Shown here: positions 38,816-50,390 of the stretch, piece after piece
Numbering within the stretch: position 1 is the stretch's first letter
Layout: every line of letters starts with the position of its first letter
DNA from: Malacoraja senta
Lineage: Eukaryota
Length of the DNA: 64,000 nucleotides
Assembly: GCA_038087875.1 (NCBI GenBank)
Contig: CM075999.1
Span: 248,001 to 312,000 of the forward strand
Direction: 5' to 3'
Notes under the pieces: generated by a model
The model's database searches: none
What the model saw: only the letters and a program-made list of their open reading frames with translations
What the model was told of the DNA's origin: nothing
Position numbers and translations under genes: made by a program

Positions 38816-40453
38816 CTATACAAAGGAAATATTGATTGTTGAGCTCAAGATGTGCAACTTAACCTTGCACCTGAGGGAAAAGGGAGCCTTCCCCAAAGAA
38901 CCCAGTCTGCAAAAGTGCAATGCAGCCAGATTAGTGGGACAATGTCACCCCTTCTTTCTGCCAACTACAATTTCTCAATTCATAAATATGCAAAAAAATG
39001 CTCATGATTTGCAGCCCTGACAAATGGAGTGTCAGTACAAAGTCAGAGTGCAAAACAAAGTCTTTGGATTCCATAAACTTGGGTAAAGCAAGAAGTTTAT
39101 TTTCAGTAGAGCATTTGTTAAAGCTAAATAGTGTTGGAATTTGATTCTTTTGAGACAAATCTGCATAAATGAAGCATGTCATTTTTTAAATTGCATTTTG
39201 CATTGATTTGAATGGATCAATACCAAGTCACCAAAGGAATATTATAGTTAATCTTGCGGGTCATGCAGCATCTCTGGAGAAAAATAATATTCCTTTTCTT
39301 TAGAGATGCTGCCCGACCCGCTGAGTTACTCCAGCTTTTAGTGTCTATCTTTGATTTAAACACAGCATCTGCTGTTCCTTGTCACACATGATAATTAATA
39401 TTCCAGGTCTGTCTTGAGGGCTGCTAAGGAAGCAGGGGAGAAAAGAACAAAATTCAAGGACTGGTCCTACTAAATTTTTATAGGCAATCTACAAAGCCTC
39501 AGATGTTGCAAGTTCTCCAGGTGTGTGATAGGGAGCATAGCAACTAGCTGCATCTCAGCCTGGTTCAGTAACTGTCCATTACAGGTATGGACCTCCCCAC
39601 CATTGAAGAGATCTACAGGAAGCACTGTCTCAAAGTAGCTACTATGATCACCCTGATCATCTCACAAGAGCCCGAGAACTGCAACGACCAAATTGAAGAA
39701 CAGCTATTCCCTAGCAACCATCAGGTTCTTGATCGACCGTGTACCAAAGTAAGAGCAACCCCACCTCAGCAATGATCAACTATGGATGGTGTACATGTTT
39801 CACAACATCCTTTGGTTTGGACTATTATGGTGTGGTCACATACTATTACTGATAATTTATTGTATTACTCAATTAATAGCTTTATTATCGATTGTATATA
39901 GGTTGTGTTGGTGTCTGTAAAGCTGCAACTAGTAAGAATTTCATTGTTCCGTTTGCAATGCATATGGAATTAAACTCTCGATTCTTAAACATTGACAGTC
40001 ACAATAGTGGCTAACATATCAAAATTACGAGTAGCAGAAACTAATATGAAAAGGCAAACACTATCAACCTATAATGAAAATGACATCATATGCTGGGTTA
40101 ACTCAGCGCGTCAGGCAGTAAATTGTTACGCCAAGTTACTCCAACATTGTCTTTCTTTGGGATAAATCAGCATCTGCAGTTCCTTCCTATAAAAGATACC
40201 AACGTTTAAATGTATGTGTTTAATGCATGACCCTTGAGTTTTATTCAAAGCAGATTTAGCACATAGCTCTGATCAATGAAACACTTGCACTGAAGCAGCA
40301 GCTCTACCCGTTGTGCCACTGTGCCACCCTGTGATGCAAAGTCTCGACCAGATGCTTCAGAACTTGCAGTCTCTGTAGAGAAGATAAATTCCTCACGGGA
40401 GAACCTTCCCAAGCGTCACCTGTGCCCTCCTTGTACTAACAAGTAGTTCTTAC

Positions 40454-40579
40454 CTGCTGGTGAGGTGCTTCCTTCAGCATCACTAAGGGAGACTCCTCTA
40501 AGTGTTCCACCTCCAGATCTGTATCGTTATTCTCCCTGTGTTCCTCACTGAAGTCAGATTCTGTGTAGTATTTGCTTGG
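40454..40579 (-). CDS. org: org-like gene, internal coding exon (PSKYYTESDFSEEHRENNDTDLEVEHLEESPLVMLKEAPHQQ)
   Basis: Acceptor caattgtttag|, donor CAG|gtaaga. 126 nt, phase 0-0, acidic open frame continuing DPNYE|PS. Confidence 0.85.
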
Positions 40580-41043
40580 CTAAACAATTGGCAACACAAA
40601 TCAGATTGAAATGGATTAGATCCCAATTTCAATTGAGCACTAAAAAAAAAGCAGAATTTTTCCATTTCTGCTTCCACCCATATCCCTGCCTCTCTGGCTT
40701 CACATTTCATACCATTTACTACATAAATCTTCTCATCTTACACATTGTCATCTCTGCTCTTTGTCCACCTACCTGCCAATCAAATCAATCTCTGCTTTAA
40801 TGAAGATTAATGAATTATGACAGTATTGGTGTTTAAGTTCAGGTATCTACAGTTTGGTTTTTCCTTTTGCATTATAGCCAGAGACAAGTGGAGCTATCCC
40901 TCACTCAACAAAAAAAAGCTTGCCCGCAAAGTCTTCTAAATCAAAACAGCACCCTCTGAAGAAATTGTTTGATGACAATTGTATTTATCTCAATTTACAC
41001 ATTTTAAAACGGTCTTTAGAGCACAACAGTGCATGATCCATAC

Positions 41044-41189
41044 CTCGTAATTAGGATCAGACACCAAATCATCATCATCTGAGAGGTCACCAGACAAAGT
41101 TTCAATCCAGCACAGATCTTCCTCAGCCAGGTCATCTTGTTTCCTTTTGCTTCCTTTGCCACATGGTTTATTTGGCGAATTTCTGAGCT
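41044..41189 (-). CDS. org: org-like gene, internal coding exon ((E)LRNSPNKPCGKGSKRKQDDLAEEDLCWIETLSGDLSDDDDLVSDPNYE)
   Basis: Acceptor cattcatttcag-type (attcatttcag|), donor GAG|gtatgg. 146 nt, phase 1 to phase 0, splicing in frame to both neighbours. The SPxKPCGKGSKRKQDD and DPxYEP motifs match org proteins as recalled. Confidence 0.85.
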
Positions 41190-42396
41190 CTGAAATGAAT
41201 TATGAAGTTAGAAATATTTGCATCAGTACAGCTTGCAATTACTGCACAACATTGGCACCTCAACCATTGTACCTGGCAGACAGCATTTCTTGCTTCAGAG
41301 TACTGTGAGAAATCTGCTCCTATGACATTGCTGACCTCTTTCCCCCCCCCCCCCTCAAGTAAAAGTACTCAAATGTCAGCTATGGAAAACCTTTTTCAAT
41401 TTCATCTGGATACTAAAATATGTGCACAAATAACCATTGCTTTCAAACGCTTGGGGTTCCAGGAACAAGCACATGTTGCAGTAAAGCACATGGAGCAGTA
41501 AAGTGCAAACTATAGGGGATGATATGGGAAGAGAAGCAAGTGTCCACTGAAGTATTTAGTAATCGCCACACCTAGAAAGAATACCACAGTTAGTGAATTT
41601 ATATCTGTAACCTCGCATTCAATCCAAGGCTTTCAACTAATTTCAACTAATTTCAAACGCTAAAGTTTCATGTACCTAATTGTTCCTTCCATGCATCCCA
41701 GAGGAAAGGAGAAATCACGAGGATTGCTGCTTTTCCTGCTAAATATTAAATACCATTTTCAGAAATATTAATGCTGCTCTAAACAATTCACTCACTAAAT
41801 ATCGACATCAAGGACTTGAACAGACAAGTACCAAAACTTAAATATAATAAAAATGCTGATTTATACCATAGATAGACCAAAGATAGATACCTGCAGCATG
41901 TTATGGAATGGTACCTAACCAAGTCACTTCAAGCTCAGAATTGTAAAAGTTATTCATGACCATTATATTATCGAATTGAGGAGAGGTTAAACATGTTCTC
42001 CATTTCAAGTCGTTAAGAGTGTTCACCTGACAATAAACCTAAGTGCTGAAGTACATCAGCGGGCCAAGCAGCATCAATGGAGAACATGGACAGATGTTGT
42101 TTCTGGCTGAGACCCTTCTTCAGACTGAAGTCATGTTCAGTCAGGGATGCCACCTGACCCACTGAGTTACTCCAGCACTTTGTAACCAGTATCTGCTTCC
42201 ACCTTTTTGTCAAATGCGCAGGTATAGTGAGATACTGGTACAATTAAAATCTTGCTTGCAGCAGCAGCATCACAGGCAGTGATTTCTCTCAGGCAAACAT
42301 TAATGTACAGGCCACAACAGCCAAACCGCAGATTCATGTTAGATTAGACCAATTTTTAGAACATGTCCTGGTCAAAGTTGAGAAAGAAATACTTAC

Positions 42397-42616
42397 CATC
42401 GGAAATTTCACCTTGGCCCAAACTGCTGGCCGCCGGAAGGCCAAGCCTGCCCTGAATCCTGCAGGGAACCACTGTCAGCATAAATCTAGCCAGAACACTC
42501 AGACGTTTCTTCACCGAGACCCAGCGTCTTCCTGGGAACGGACTGGTGCCAGCAGCTCTCACTTCTTCCACTTGTCCAGAGGTGGGCCAGGTCAACAGCC
42601 TCCGAATCACCCCAAA
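42397..42616 (-). CDS. org: org-like gene, internal coding exon (FGVIRRLLTWP...KKRLSVLARFMLTVVPCRIQGRLGLPAASSLGQGEISD)
   Basis: Acceptor tgtttcctag|, donor GATG|gtaagt. 220 nt, phase 0 to phase 1, open frame. Resembles my recollection of teleost org (RKRL..RLLLSILPRRLQSALGYP). Confidence 0.8.
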
Positions 42617-42779
42617 CTAGGAAACATTATTATTTTATTTTTAAATATAAAAACACACAAGCAGGAATTGGAGAAGGCATTCAAACGTACAAAGATCAAG
42701 CCACTAACAGGCTGTGAACATTCCCAAGGAAACATTTAAAAAGCACAGAAGAACATAGCTTGGAGCGCAGGTGGATGAT

Positions 42780-44258
42780 GGGTGATCAAGATCACGAAGG
42801 GAATAAATAGAGTGAATGCACAAAGAATTTTACCCAGAGAAGGGGAATCAACAATCAGAGGACATTAGTTTAAAGTGAGAGGGGACAGATTTAACAGGAA
42901 TGTGATGGGCACCTTTTTCCACAGAGGGTGGCGGGTATATGGAACGAGCTGCCGGAGGAGGTAGTCGAGGCAGAAACTATAACATTTAAAAGAAACTTCA
43001 ACAGGTACATGGAGAGGAAAAGTTTAAAGGGATATGGGCCAAATACAGGCAGGAGGGACAATTGTAGATGGAGCACCTTGCTCAGCACAAGGAAGTTGGG
43101 CCGAAGGGCCTGTTAGTGCTGCATGACTACGACTCGAAGTATTTCGCAAATACAAATTAATTATAGGCCATTAACATGTCCATGCTTGCTCGGAATGCGG
43201 TCTGACCTACTGGGCTACACCAGAAATTTGTGTCCCTTTAATATAACCGTGTATCTGCGGTTTCTACAGGCAAGAACCTGCTGCTCAGCCCCCTTGCAAC
43301 TCTATTAATATGGTGCGGGAACATCACGTCTACTCCTGGAGTGAGGGACTTAGCAGTAGCAGAGTTCAGAACACTTTCCACCAGCGAATAACTCCTCGCA
43401 ATTTCCCACCCATCGACAAATAAATAACCACAACTAAAGAAATTGCATTGAGCTATAGGGCAGATGTTGGGCAGGCTAGGACTTCATTCCATAAAGCGTA
43501 AAAGGATGAGGGTGGTCTTAGAAGTGTATAAAATAATGAGGGATAGGGTCTTTTGCCCAGAGCAAGCGAATCAAGAACCAGAGAACATTGGTTTGTGAGA
43601 ATGCAAAGATTTAATAGGAACCTGTGGGGCAGATTTTTCACACAGAAGGGGTGGGTATATGGATAGTGCTGCCAGAGAAGGTAGTTGAGGCAGTTACTCT
43701 AACCACAAGTTGACTCTGCAAGTCAAATTGGTAGTAGAGAAAGCAAACTCAATGCTGGCATTTATTTAAAGAGGGCTTGTATACAAAAACAGGATGTAAT
43801 GCTGAGGCTCGATAAGGTGCTGGTAAGGTCGCACTTGGAATATTGTGAGCAATTCTGGACACCACATCTGATGAAGGATGTGCTGGCTCTGGAGGGTCCA
43901 GAGGTTTACAAAAATTATCCCAGGAATGAGTCAGCTAACCTATGATGAGCATTTGTTGGCACTGGGCCTGTACTCGTTGGAATTTAGAAGAATGAGGGGG
44001 GACCTCATTGAAACATACAGAATAGTGAAAGGCTTGGATAGAGTGGGTGTGGAGAGTCTAGGACTGGAGGTCATTGCCTCAGAATTAAAGGACATTAGTT
44101 TAGGAAGAAGAGGAGAAATTTCTGTGGTCAGAAGGTGGTGAATCTGTGGAACTGTTTGCCACAGAAGGTTGTAGAGGCCAAGTCAGTGGATATTTTTAAG
44201 GCATAGATAGATAGATTTTTGATTAGTACAGGTGTCAGAGGTTATGGGGAGAAGGCAG
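42780..44258 (+). mobile_element. Several CR1 3' fragments in intron 1 of the org-like gene (about 42780-43135, 43450-43700, 43715-44258)
   Basis: WNELPEEVVEA and LGLYSLEFRRMRGDLIETY motifs. Confidence 0.8.
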
Positions 44259-44664
44259 ACTTTCATTTGGGTATAGGAGTTTGATGTGTTCTAAACCCAT
44301 CACTGATCCTCAAATCACTTATATCACTACACCGCCCCAAGCAAGATAGATCAATAAAAGTTTGCGCAACCTTTGAAGAAAGCAAATGACAAAGAATGGT
44401 TTTAAAATGTGTCCCTTTTTTTTCAGGAAAAGTTAACAAAGATTATTGAATAATTTGAAAAGGCCAAGGGATTTGAATTTGTTTTATGCCGTTGATGAGG
44501 CCATAGCCTTGTCAAACACTATACATCAAAACCAGTTATCAAGCAGCTTGCGGCACTTCCCATTTGAGAAATTCTAGTTTTTGCCCTCACTTCCATCGTG
44601 CATCCATTTAATATTTCTACTATCAGTTTCCATTTATTCTTTCTATGCCGGTAAAGAAAATTAC

Positions 44665-44673
44665 CTCAGGCAT
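44665..44673 (-). CDS. org: Putative first coding exon (ATG CCT GAG = MPE) of an oogenesis-related (org)-like gene
   Basis: Minus strand reads gcagacaATGCCTGAG|gtaatt. The phase-0 donor is compatible with the exon at 42397-42616. TATA-like and E-box motifs lie just upstream. Assignment to this gene is inferred. Confidence 0.5.
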
Positions 44674-44699
44674 TGTCTGCCAGTTCCGAGCAATCGTGC

Positions 44700-44790
44700 G
44701 CCACCACCTGCCTATAACCCATTCTCTTCCTCATGGTTATTAAGACACACCTACACCCCAGGCAGTTTACACTGAACACCTTACAGGTGA
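44700..44790 (-). promoter_or_regulatory. Candidate core promoter of the org-like gene: TATA-like TTATAGG plus two CAGGTG/CACCTG E-boxes
   Basis: TTATAGG at 44717-44711, about 40 nt upstream of the ATG. E-boxes at 44705-44710 and 44784-44789. Confidence 0.35.
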
Positions 44791-45114
44791 AGCAGTCATA
44801 AGGTCAAAAATAGAGCCAGGATTTTGCCATAAATGCCTTTTCATGCCTTTTTTGATGATTTCACCAAAATAATGCCTTTTTCACGATCGAGTTCCTAAAT
44901 CAGCCTTTATTCTAAAAGGTCGTGCTATTTTCTCTAGTTATATCGTGATCACAATGACGTTTTCTATGTTAACTCATTAATATTAATGTTATTATTAACG
45001 TGTTAACATAGTATAACTTACAAGAAAACGTGCAACAAAACTGGGGCGCGCCACCGTCGGTCATTAATTCGTTCGTGCCGCTGCCCACTGGTTCAGCCTT
45101 CTCCAAGATCTATT

Positions 45115-45395
45115 TAAGAAAGACCTGCAGATGCTGGAAAAGTCGAACGTAGACAAAAAAATGCTGGAGAAACTCAGCGGATGAGGCAGCATCTATGGAT
45201 AGAAGGAGTAGGCGACGTTTCGGGTCGAGGCCCTTCTTCAGACTGATGGGGGGGGGGGGCGGGAAAATAAAGGAAGAGGCGGAGACAGTAGGACTAGAGA
45301 AGAGCTGGGAAGGGGGAGGAGGGGGAAGACAAGGGCTATCTAAAATTAGAGGTCAATGTTGATACCGCTGGGGTGTAGACTACCCAAGCGAAATA
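45115..45395 (-). mobile_element. Penelope 3' fragment nested in the hAT element
   Basis: Reverse complement of about 52945-53230 (FRLGSLHPSGINID plus pLTR). Confidence 0.85.
45214..45241 (-). ncRNA. Minimal hammerhead ribozyme core in a Penelope pLTR
   Basis: CUGAAGA-A-GGGC-CUCG-ACCC-GAAA-CG-UC. Confidence 0.55.
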
Positions 45396-48300
45396 CCGAA
45401 GCTCGTCTCCTCACTACATTTACTGCTGGCTCCAGTCGCAAATCTGAGTTTGAGTGATCTGTGCAAGGCATTCAATGATGCTGGAATTCCACTGTGGAAA
45501 TTGGAAAACTAATCTCTCAGAGTTTTTTTTAGAGAAATACACAGAGGAACATATACCAAGCGATTCATCATTACTGAAAAATTATGTTAACAGCAACTTC
45601 AACATTGTTGTGCAGAAAATTAGAGATGAAGTGGCATGCAACAAAATATGGATCTCAATAGACGAGACAACCGATGCTGTGGGGAGATATGTTGCCAATG
45701 TGGTCATCGGTACACTGGAGGCAAATCAACCATCAAAGGAGTATTTGTTGACATTGGAAGTATTGGAGAAGTCAAACAGCTCAACTATTGCCCAGTTGTT
45801 TATATCTTCACTTGCTGTACTTTGGCCAGAAGGTATAAAACACAAGAATGTTCTTCTGTTTGTGACTAAGTTTTATTCCCCAAAATGTTGCATTTGACAT
45901 ACTTAGCTTAAGGATTTCATAGAATTGCCAAGCACATATGTAGCTTGTTTCCAAATGTTTATCGCCTAGTTTCCAATGTCAAGAAAATCTTCCTCAAAGC
46001 ACCGTCACGTGTGCAGTTCAAGGAAATGGCACCCGAGATTCCGCTACCTCCTCAGCCCGTTTTGACTAGGTAGAGTACACGGCTCTCTGCTGTACTCTAC
46101 TATGCTGCAAATTTTGAAAAGATAAAAGAAATAGTCAACAGTTTTGAAGAAGACAAATCTGCTGCAGTCAGGATCGTCAGTGAAATCATGCGGACAAAGT
46201 CCCCACAAAATCTTGTGTTTATTGCTTCCAATTTTGCAAACTTCCCACAAGCTATCACTTCCCTTGAGAAACGTGGCAAAACATTAGTGAATAACTTGCA
46301 GGTTTTCAACAAAGTAACTGACGATATTCGTAAAGTTCCTGGCAATGTAGGTAAAGACATACAAGGAAAATGTGAGAGAGTGATTTTAGCTAACAAAGAT
46401 CTTGAAGAAATAGAAAACATAGCTAAAGTCCTCAAAGGTACTTGTAATGCACAAGATAGCGACATGAATATAGAGTCTGTAGCTTGTTTCAGGTATGCAC
46501 CAGTGACCTCAGCTGAGGTAGAAAGAAGTTTTTCACAACTGAAGCATATTCTGTCCGACAGACAGCATAGTTTAACACCAGATAATTTGAAAAAAATGCT
46601 AGTAATTATGTGCAACCAGGCAACTTTGGTCATTTAATGTAGTATACCTTTATATTATCATTTTAAACCATATTTTGGTGGTGGAAATAAATGCCTTTTT
46701 GGTCAATAAATGCCTATTCCGTCTTTTTTTGTAATTTTATTATGCCTTTTTGCCTGCCTATTTCAGAGTTTTTTAACGCCTAAACATCCTGGCTCTATTC
46801 ATAAAGAAAATGAGTAGAATTAGGCCATTCGGCCCATCAAGTCTACTCCGCCATTCAATCATGGCTGATCTATCTCTCCTTCCTAACCTCATTCTCCTGC
46901 CTTCTCTTCATAACCCCTGATACCTGTACTAACCAAGTCTCTGTGAAAAGTGCAAACATCAAAGATAATGGGCAGCACAGTGGCGTTCCTGGTAGTGCTG
47001 CTACCCAAGCAAAATGAAGTACAATATTTTGTTGAGGAAAATTAGTTCTAGGTAGTTGACTATTAAACATTTAAGGTATGGGTCTGAATTGAGACCAGAG
47101 TTGGCAGTAGAAATGGAGACTACACACCAGACCAAGGCAAGACACGGTCACTCTACACCCCAACCGGCTGACGTACCAGGTACTTCAGCGGCCTGAATAA
47201 TCCGGACAACCAGCTCACGGAGGCGAGCGAAGGGACGTCCCCGGCGGCTGAACTTTTCACCTAAACACAAAAGCAGAAGTGAGCGGGGAAGGAGACGACT
47301 TTGTCGGCGCAAATGTTGGTCAAACCTGCCTGGAAGCCGCGACGTACCTCGCCCTGCCCGGCACCGACATCCTCTTGCAGAGACATTGTAACACAGCGAA
47401 GCTTCCCCTGGACCCCAGTGTTATCACCAGAGGTCCAGCAGCAGCAGCCAGTTAAACACAGCGGGCCACACGTGCGCCCAGCACTGCCCGACCAGGCTTA
47501 AAGGCGCAGCAACCCCCCAGCTCAAGAGGAGATCCCCGCACTGTCCACCTCTGACGGGTACAACGTAGTTCAAGCGGAAAAACTCCTGTGGATCTTATTA
47601 AACACTCTTTATTGACTCTATTTCCTTTTAGCACCATGATGACTATCAGTTAAAGGTGTCTCCATTAGGAGAAACTCCTCTAGGCGCCCAGGTCAAGCTG
47701 GAACAAGCTACCAGAGGAGGTAGTTGAGACTGGGATTATCCTAACGTCTAAGAAGCAGTACATGGAGACGACAGGTTTGGAGGGCTTTGGACCAAACGCA
47801 GGCAAGTGGGACTAGTGTAGCTGGGACATGTTGTCCGGTGTGGACAAGTTGGGCCAAAAGGCCTGTTTCCACACTGTATCACTCTCTATGGTCGAGAAGA
47901 ACTAATGTTCGTCTGTGTGTGAAATGGTGATCTTTGCACAAGAGTCAGTGGACTTGGGAAACTGCTGCTCAATTGGAAGACCATAGAAGGAGGAGTTTGG
48001 ACCCCAAAGTCCATCGGCACTAATCCCCTGTGCCTGCATTAGGATTGTCTAGTTTAGAGAGATACAGAATGGAAGCAGGCCCTTCGGGCAACCAAGTCAA
48101 CACTGACCATTGATCACCCACTTTCCCATCCACTCCCTAAACACTAGGCTTTTATACAGAGGCCAATTAACTGACAAACTTGCACGTCTTTGGGATGTGG
48201 GGGGAGCCGGAGAGGAAACCCACGTGGTCACAGGTAGAACGTGTAAACTCCACACAGACATCACCCGAGGATCGAACCCGTGTCTCTGGCGCTGTGATGC

Positions 48301-48977
48301 AGCAACTCCACCAAAGATAGGCGATGATTTGGGTCAGGAACCTTCTTCAGGCTGATTGTAGTAGGAAGGAGAAAGCTGGAAAAACATGGGGGCAGGACAA
48401 AGTTTGACAAGGAATAGGTGGTTACAGCTGAGGGGTTGATGGGCAGAAAAATGCTAGAGATGCAGGGGAGAAAAAAGGTGAATGAAAGGGAACTAAAGGA
48501 GGCAAAAAAGAAACAGAGAAGAACGCTGATAAAGAAAGAAGGGATTTGAGCAGTGTAATGTAAAACTAGAGGGAGGGACGTAAGTAGAAGGGGATGGGAG
48601 TGGCAGTGGAATTCAATGAAGAATTCATTCATAACTTTCTTATTCTGCAATCCCTTCCTCTAATACTAATTTATTTTAATTCTTGTTAGAAGGAGAAATC
48701 AAATAGGTAAACGCAAGGATTTGCCGTTGCTGAGAACCTGTTGAGTGACCCGCTGAGCTACTCCAGCACCTAGTGATTTGTTAAACTAAAGGAAACATCT
48801 CAGTCAAAGAAATCTGTCTGCATTCATGTTAATTGACAGCATGTTCCTGTTAGGGTGGAGGGCAAGGCTGGCAGGTCTTCAGACCTTGTGGGAATCTAGG
48901 GAAGAAATTCCTAAGGCCCTGGCAGAGATATTTATATCATCTTTCGCCACAAGTGAGATCCCAGAAGTCTGAAGAGT

Positions 48978-49264
48978 CTTCTTCTTCTTGCGTATGGCGT
49001 GCACAGCCCAAAGTTGTAGGTCAAGGGTAGGCATCCAGGCCAGGGCAGCATCAGTTGCTGGGTGGATGGCTTTGATGCCACCAGGGAAAAGCCTCAGTGA
49101 GCAGTCATTCAAGCTGTGTGGGACGGTCTGGTCAGGATGTCCGCAGTCGCAAGCAGGGCTGTCTGTCATCCCCCAATTATGCAGGTGATGGGCTGTTCTT
49201 CCACGTGAAGATTGCAACCTTCACGTGGTCCACCCTGTTCCGACTAATGCAATCAACCCGACGT
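48978..49264 (-). mobile_element. RTEX-like LINE 3' end with (AAG)n tail and an inverted head, 13-bp TSD
   Basis: NWGMTDSPACDCGHPDQTVPH zinc-knuckle C-terminus. TSD aagtctgaagagt at 48965-48977 and 49265-49277. Confidence 0.8.
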
Positions 49265-50069
49265 AAGTCTGAAGAGTGTCTAATGTTGTACCGTTATTTT
49301 GGAAGGGCAGCCAGCAAAAGACATCGTTGTTGCGTCAGTTGCAGGAGGGAATTCTGAGGAAGATGATCTATCAGCATTTGGATAGACATGTGCTGACGAG
49401 GGTCAGTCAGCATGGCTTTGTGTGTGGGAAACTGTGCCTCACAAATCTGTTAAGAGTTTTTTGGAGAGGTAACCAAGAGGATTGATAAAGGCAGGGTGGT
49501 GGATGTTGTTTACATGGATTTTAGCAAGGCCTGTCACAAGGTCCCACATGGTAGCTAGTTTGGATGGTTAGATTGCATGAAGCCTAGGGAGACTGCTAGA
49601 TAATTGGACATAATTGGTTGGACAGTAAGAAGCAGATGGTGCAAGGCAGCTTTTCGGACCGGAGGCCCGTGACTAGTGTCATGCAACAGGTTACGAAGTT
49701 TGCCAAAATAAGTGGTATCATAGACAATTAAGAAGGTTATCAACAATTATAGCGGGATCTTAATCAACTAGGTAAGTAGGCTAAGGGATAACAAATAGAG
49801 TTTACTTCTGATAAGTGTGAGGCATTGTATTTTAGGAAGTAAAACTAGGGTAAGACATTCACAGTGAACGGTAGGGCCTTGGTGAGTGCTGCAGAGCAGA
49901 AGGATCTCAGAGATATATAGTTCCTCAAAAGTTGCATTGCAAGTAGTCAGGACAGTGGAAAAAACTGTGGCACACTGGCCTACGTCAGTATGGGCATTTT
50001 GTGCGAGAGTTGGGACATTATGTTGTAATTGAACAAAATGTTGATGAGGCCGCACTTAAAAAAAAGTTA

Positions 50070-50390
50070 AAGCCCTGTCCCACTGTACGAGTTCATTCCA
50101 AGAGTTCTCCCGAGTTTGCCCTGATTCGAACTTGGAGATTTACGGTAATGGCCACTCGTCGGTACCCGGGGCTCTCGTGGACATTTTTCATCATGTTGAA
50201 AAATCGTCACGAGTCTTCCCATGCTTATCTGCCATTAGCGAGTCTTCCCGAGTACCTGCCGTTAGCGCTAAGAGACGTCCCCGAGCTCCGACGTACTCAC
50301 TACGTTCATTCTCCGTGCTTACCACGAGTTTGATTTTTTTTTTAACTCGGGAGAGCTCTTGGAATGAACTCGTACCGTGGGACAGGGCTT
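50070..50390. mobile_element. PIF/Harbinger-type MITE
   Basis: About 47-bp TIRs (AAGCCCTGTCCCACTGTACGAGTTCATTCCAAGAG...) and a TTA TSD on both sides (50067-50069, 50391-50393). Confidence 0.85.

Larger units (their letters stand above)
44811..46797 (+). mobile_element. hAT DNA transposon with decayed transposase (resembles the CGGBP-related type)
   Basis: 12-bp TIR TAGAGCCAGGAT/ATCCTGGCTCTA, degenerate 8-bp TSD gtcaaaaa/ttcataaa, subterminal ATGCCTTT repeats. Transposase motifs IWISIDETTD, PQPVLTR(W) and APVTSAEVERSFS lie in broken frames at 45450-46637. Confidence 0.9.

Noticed and set aside
45454..46637. Domesticated CGGBP-like host gene
   Set aside because: Frameshifts, stops and retained TIRs/TSD indicate a dead transposon.
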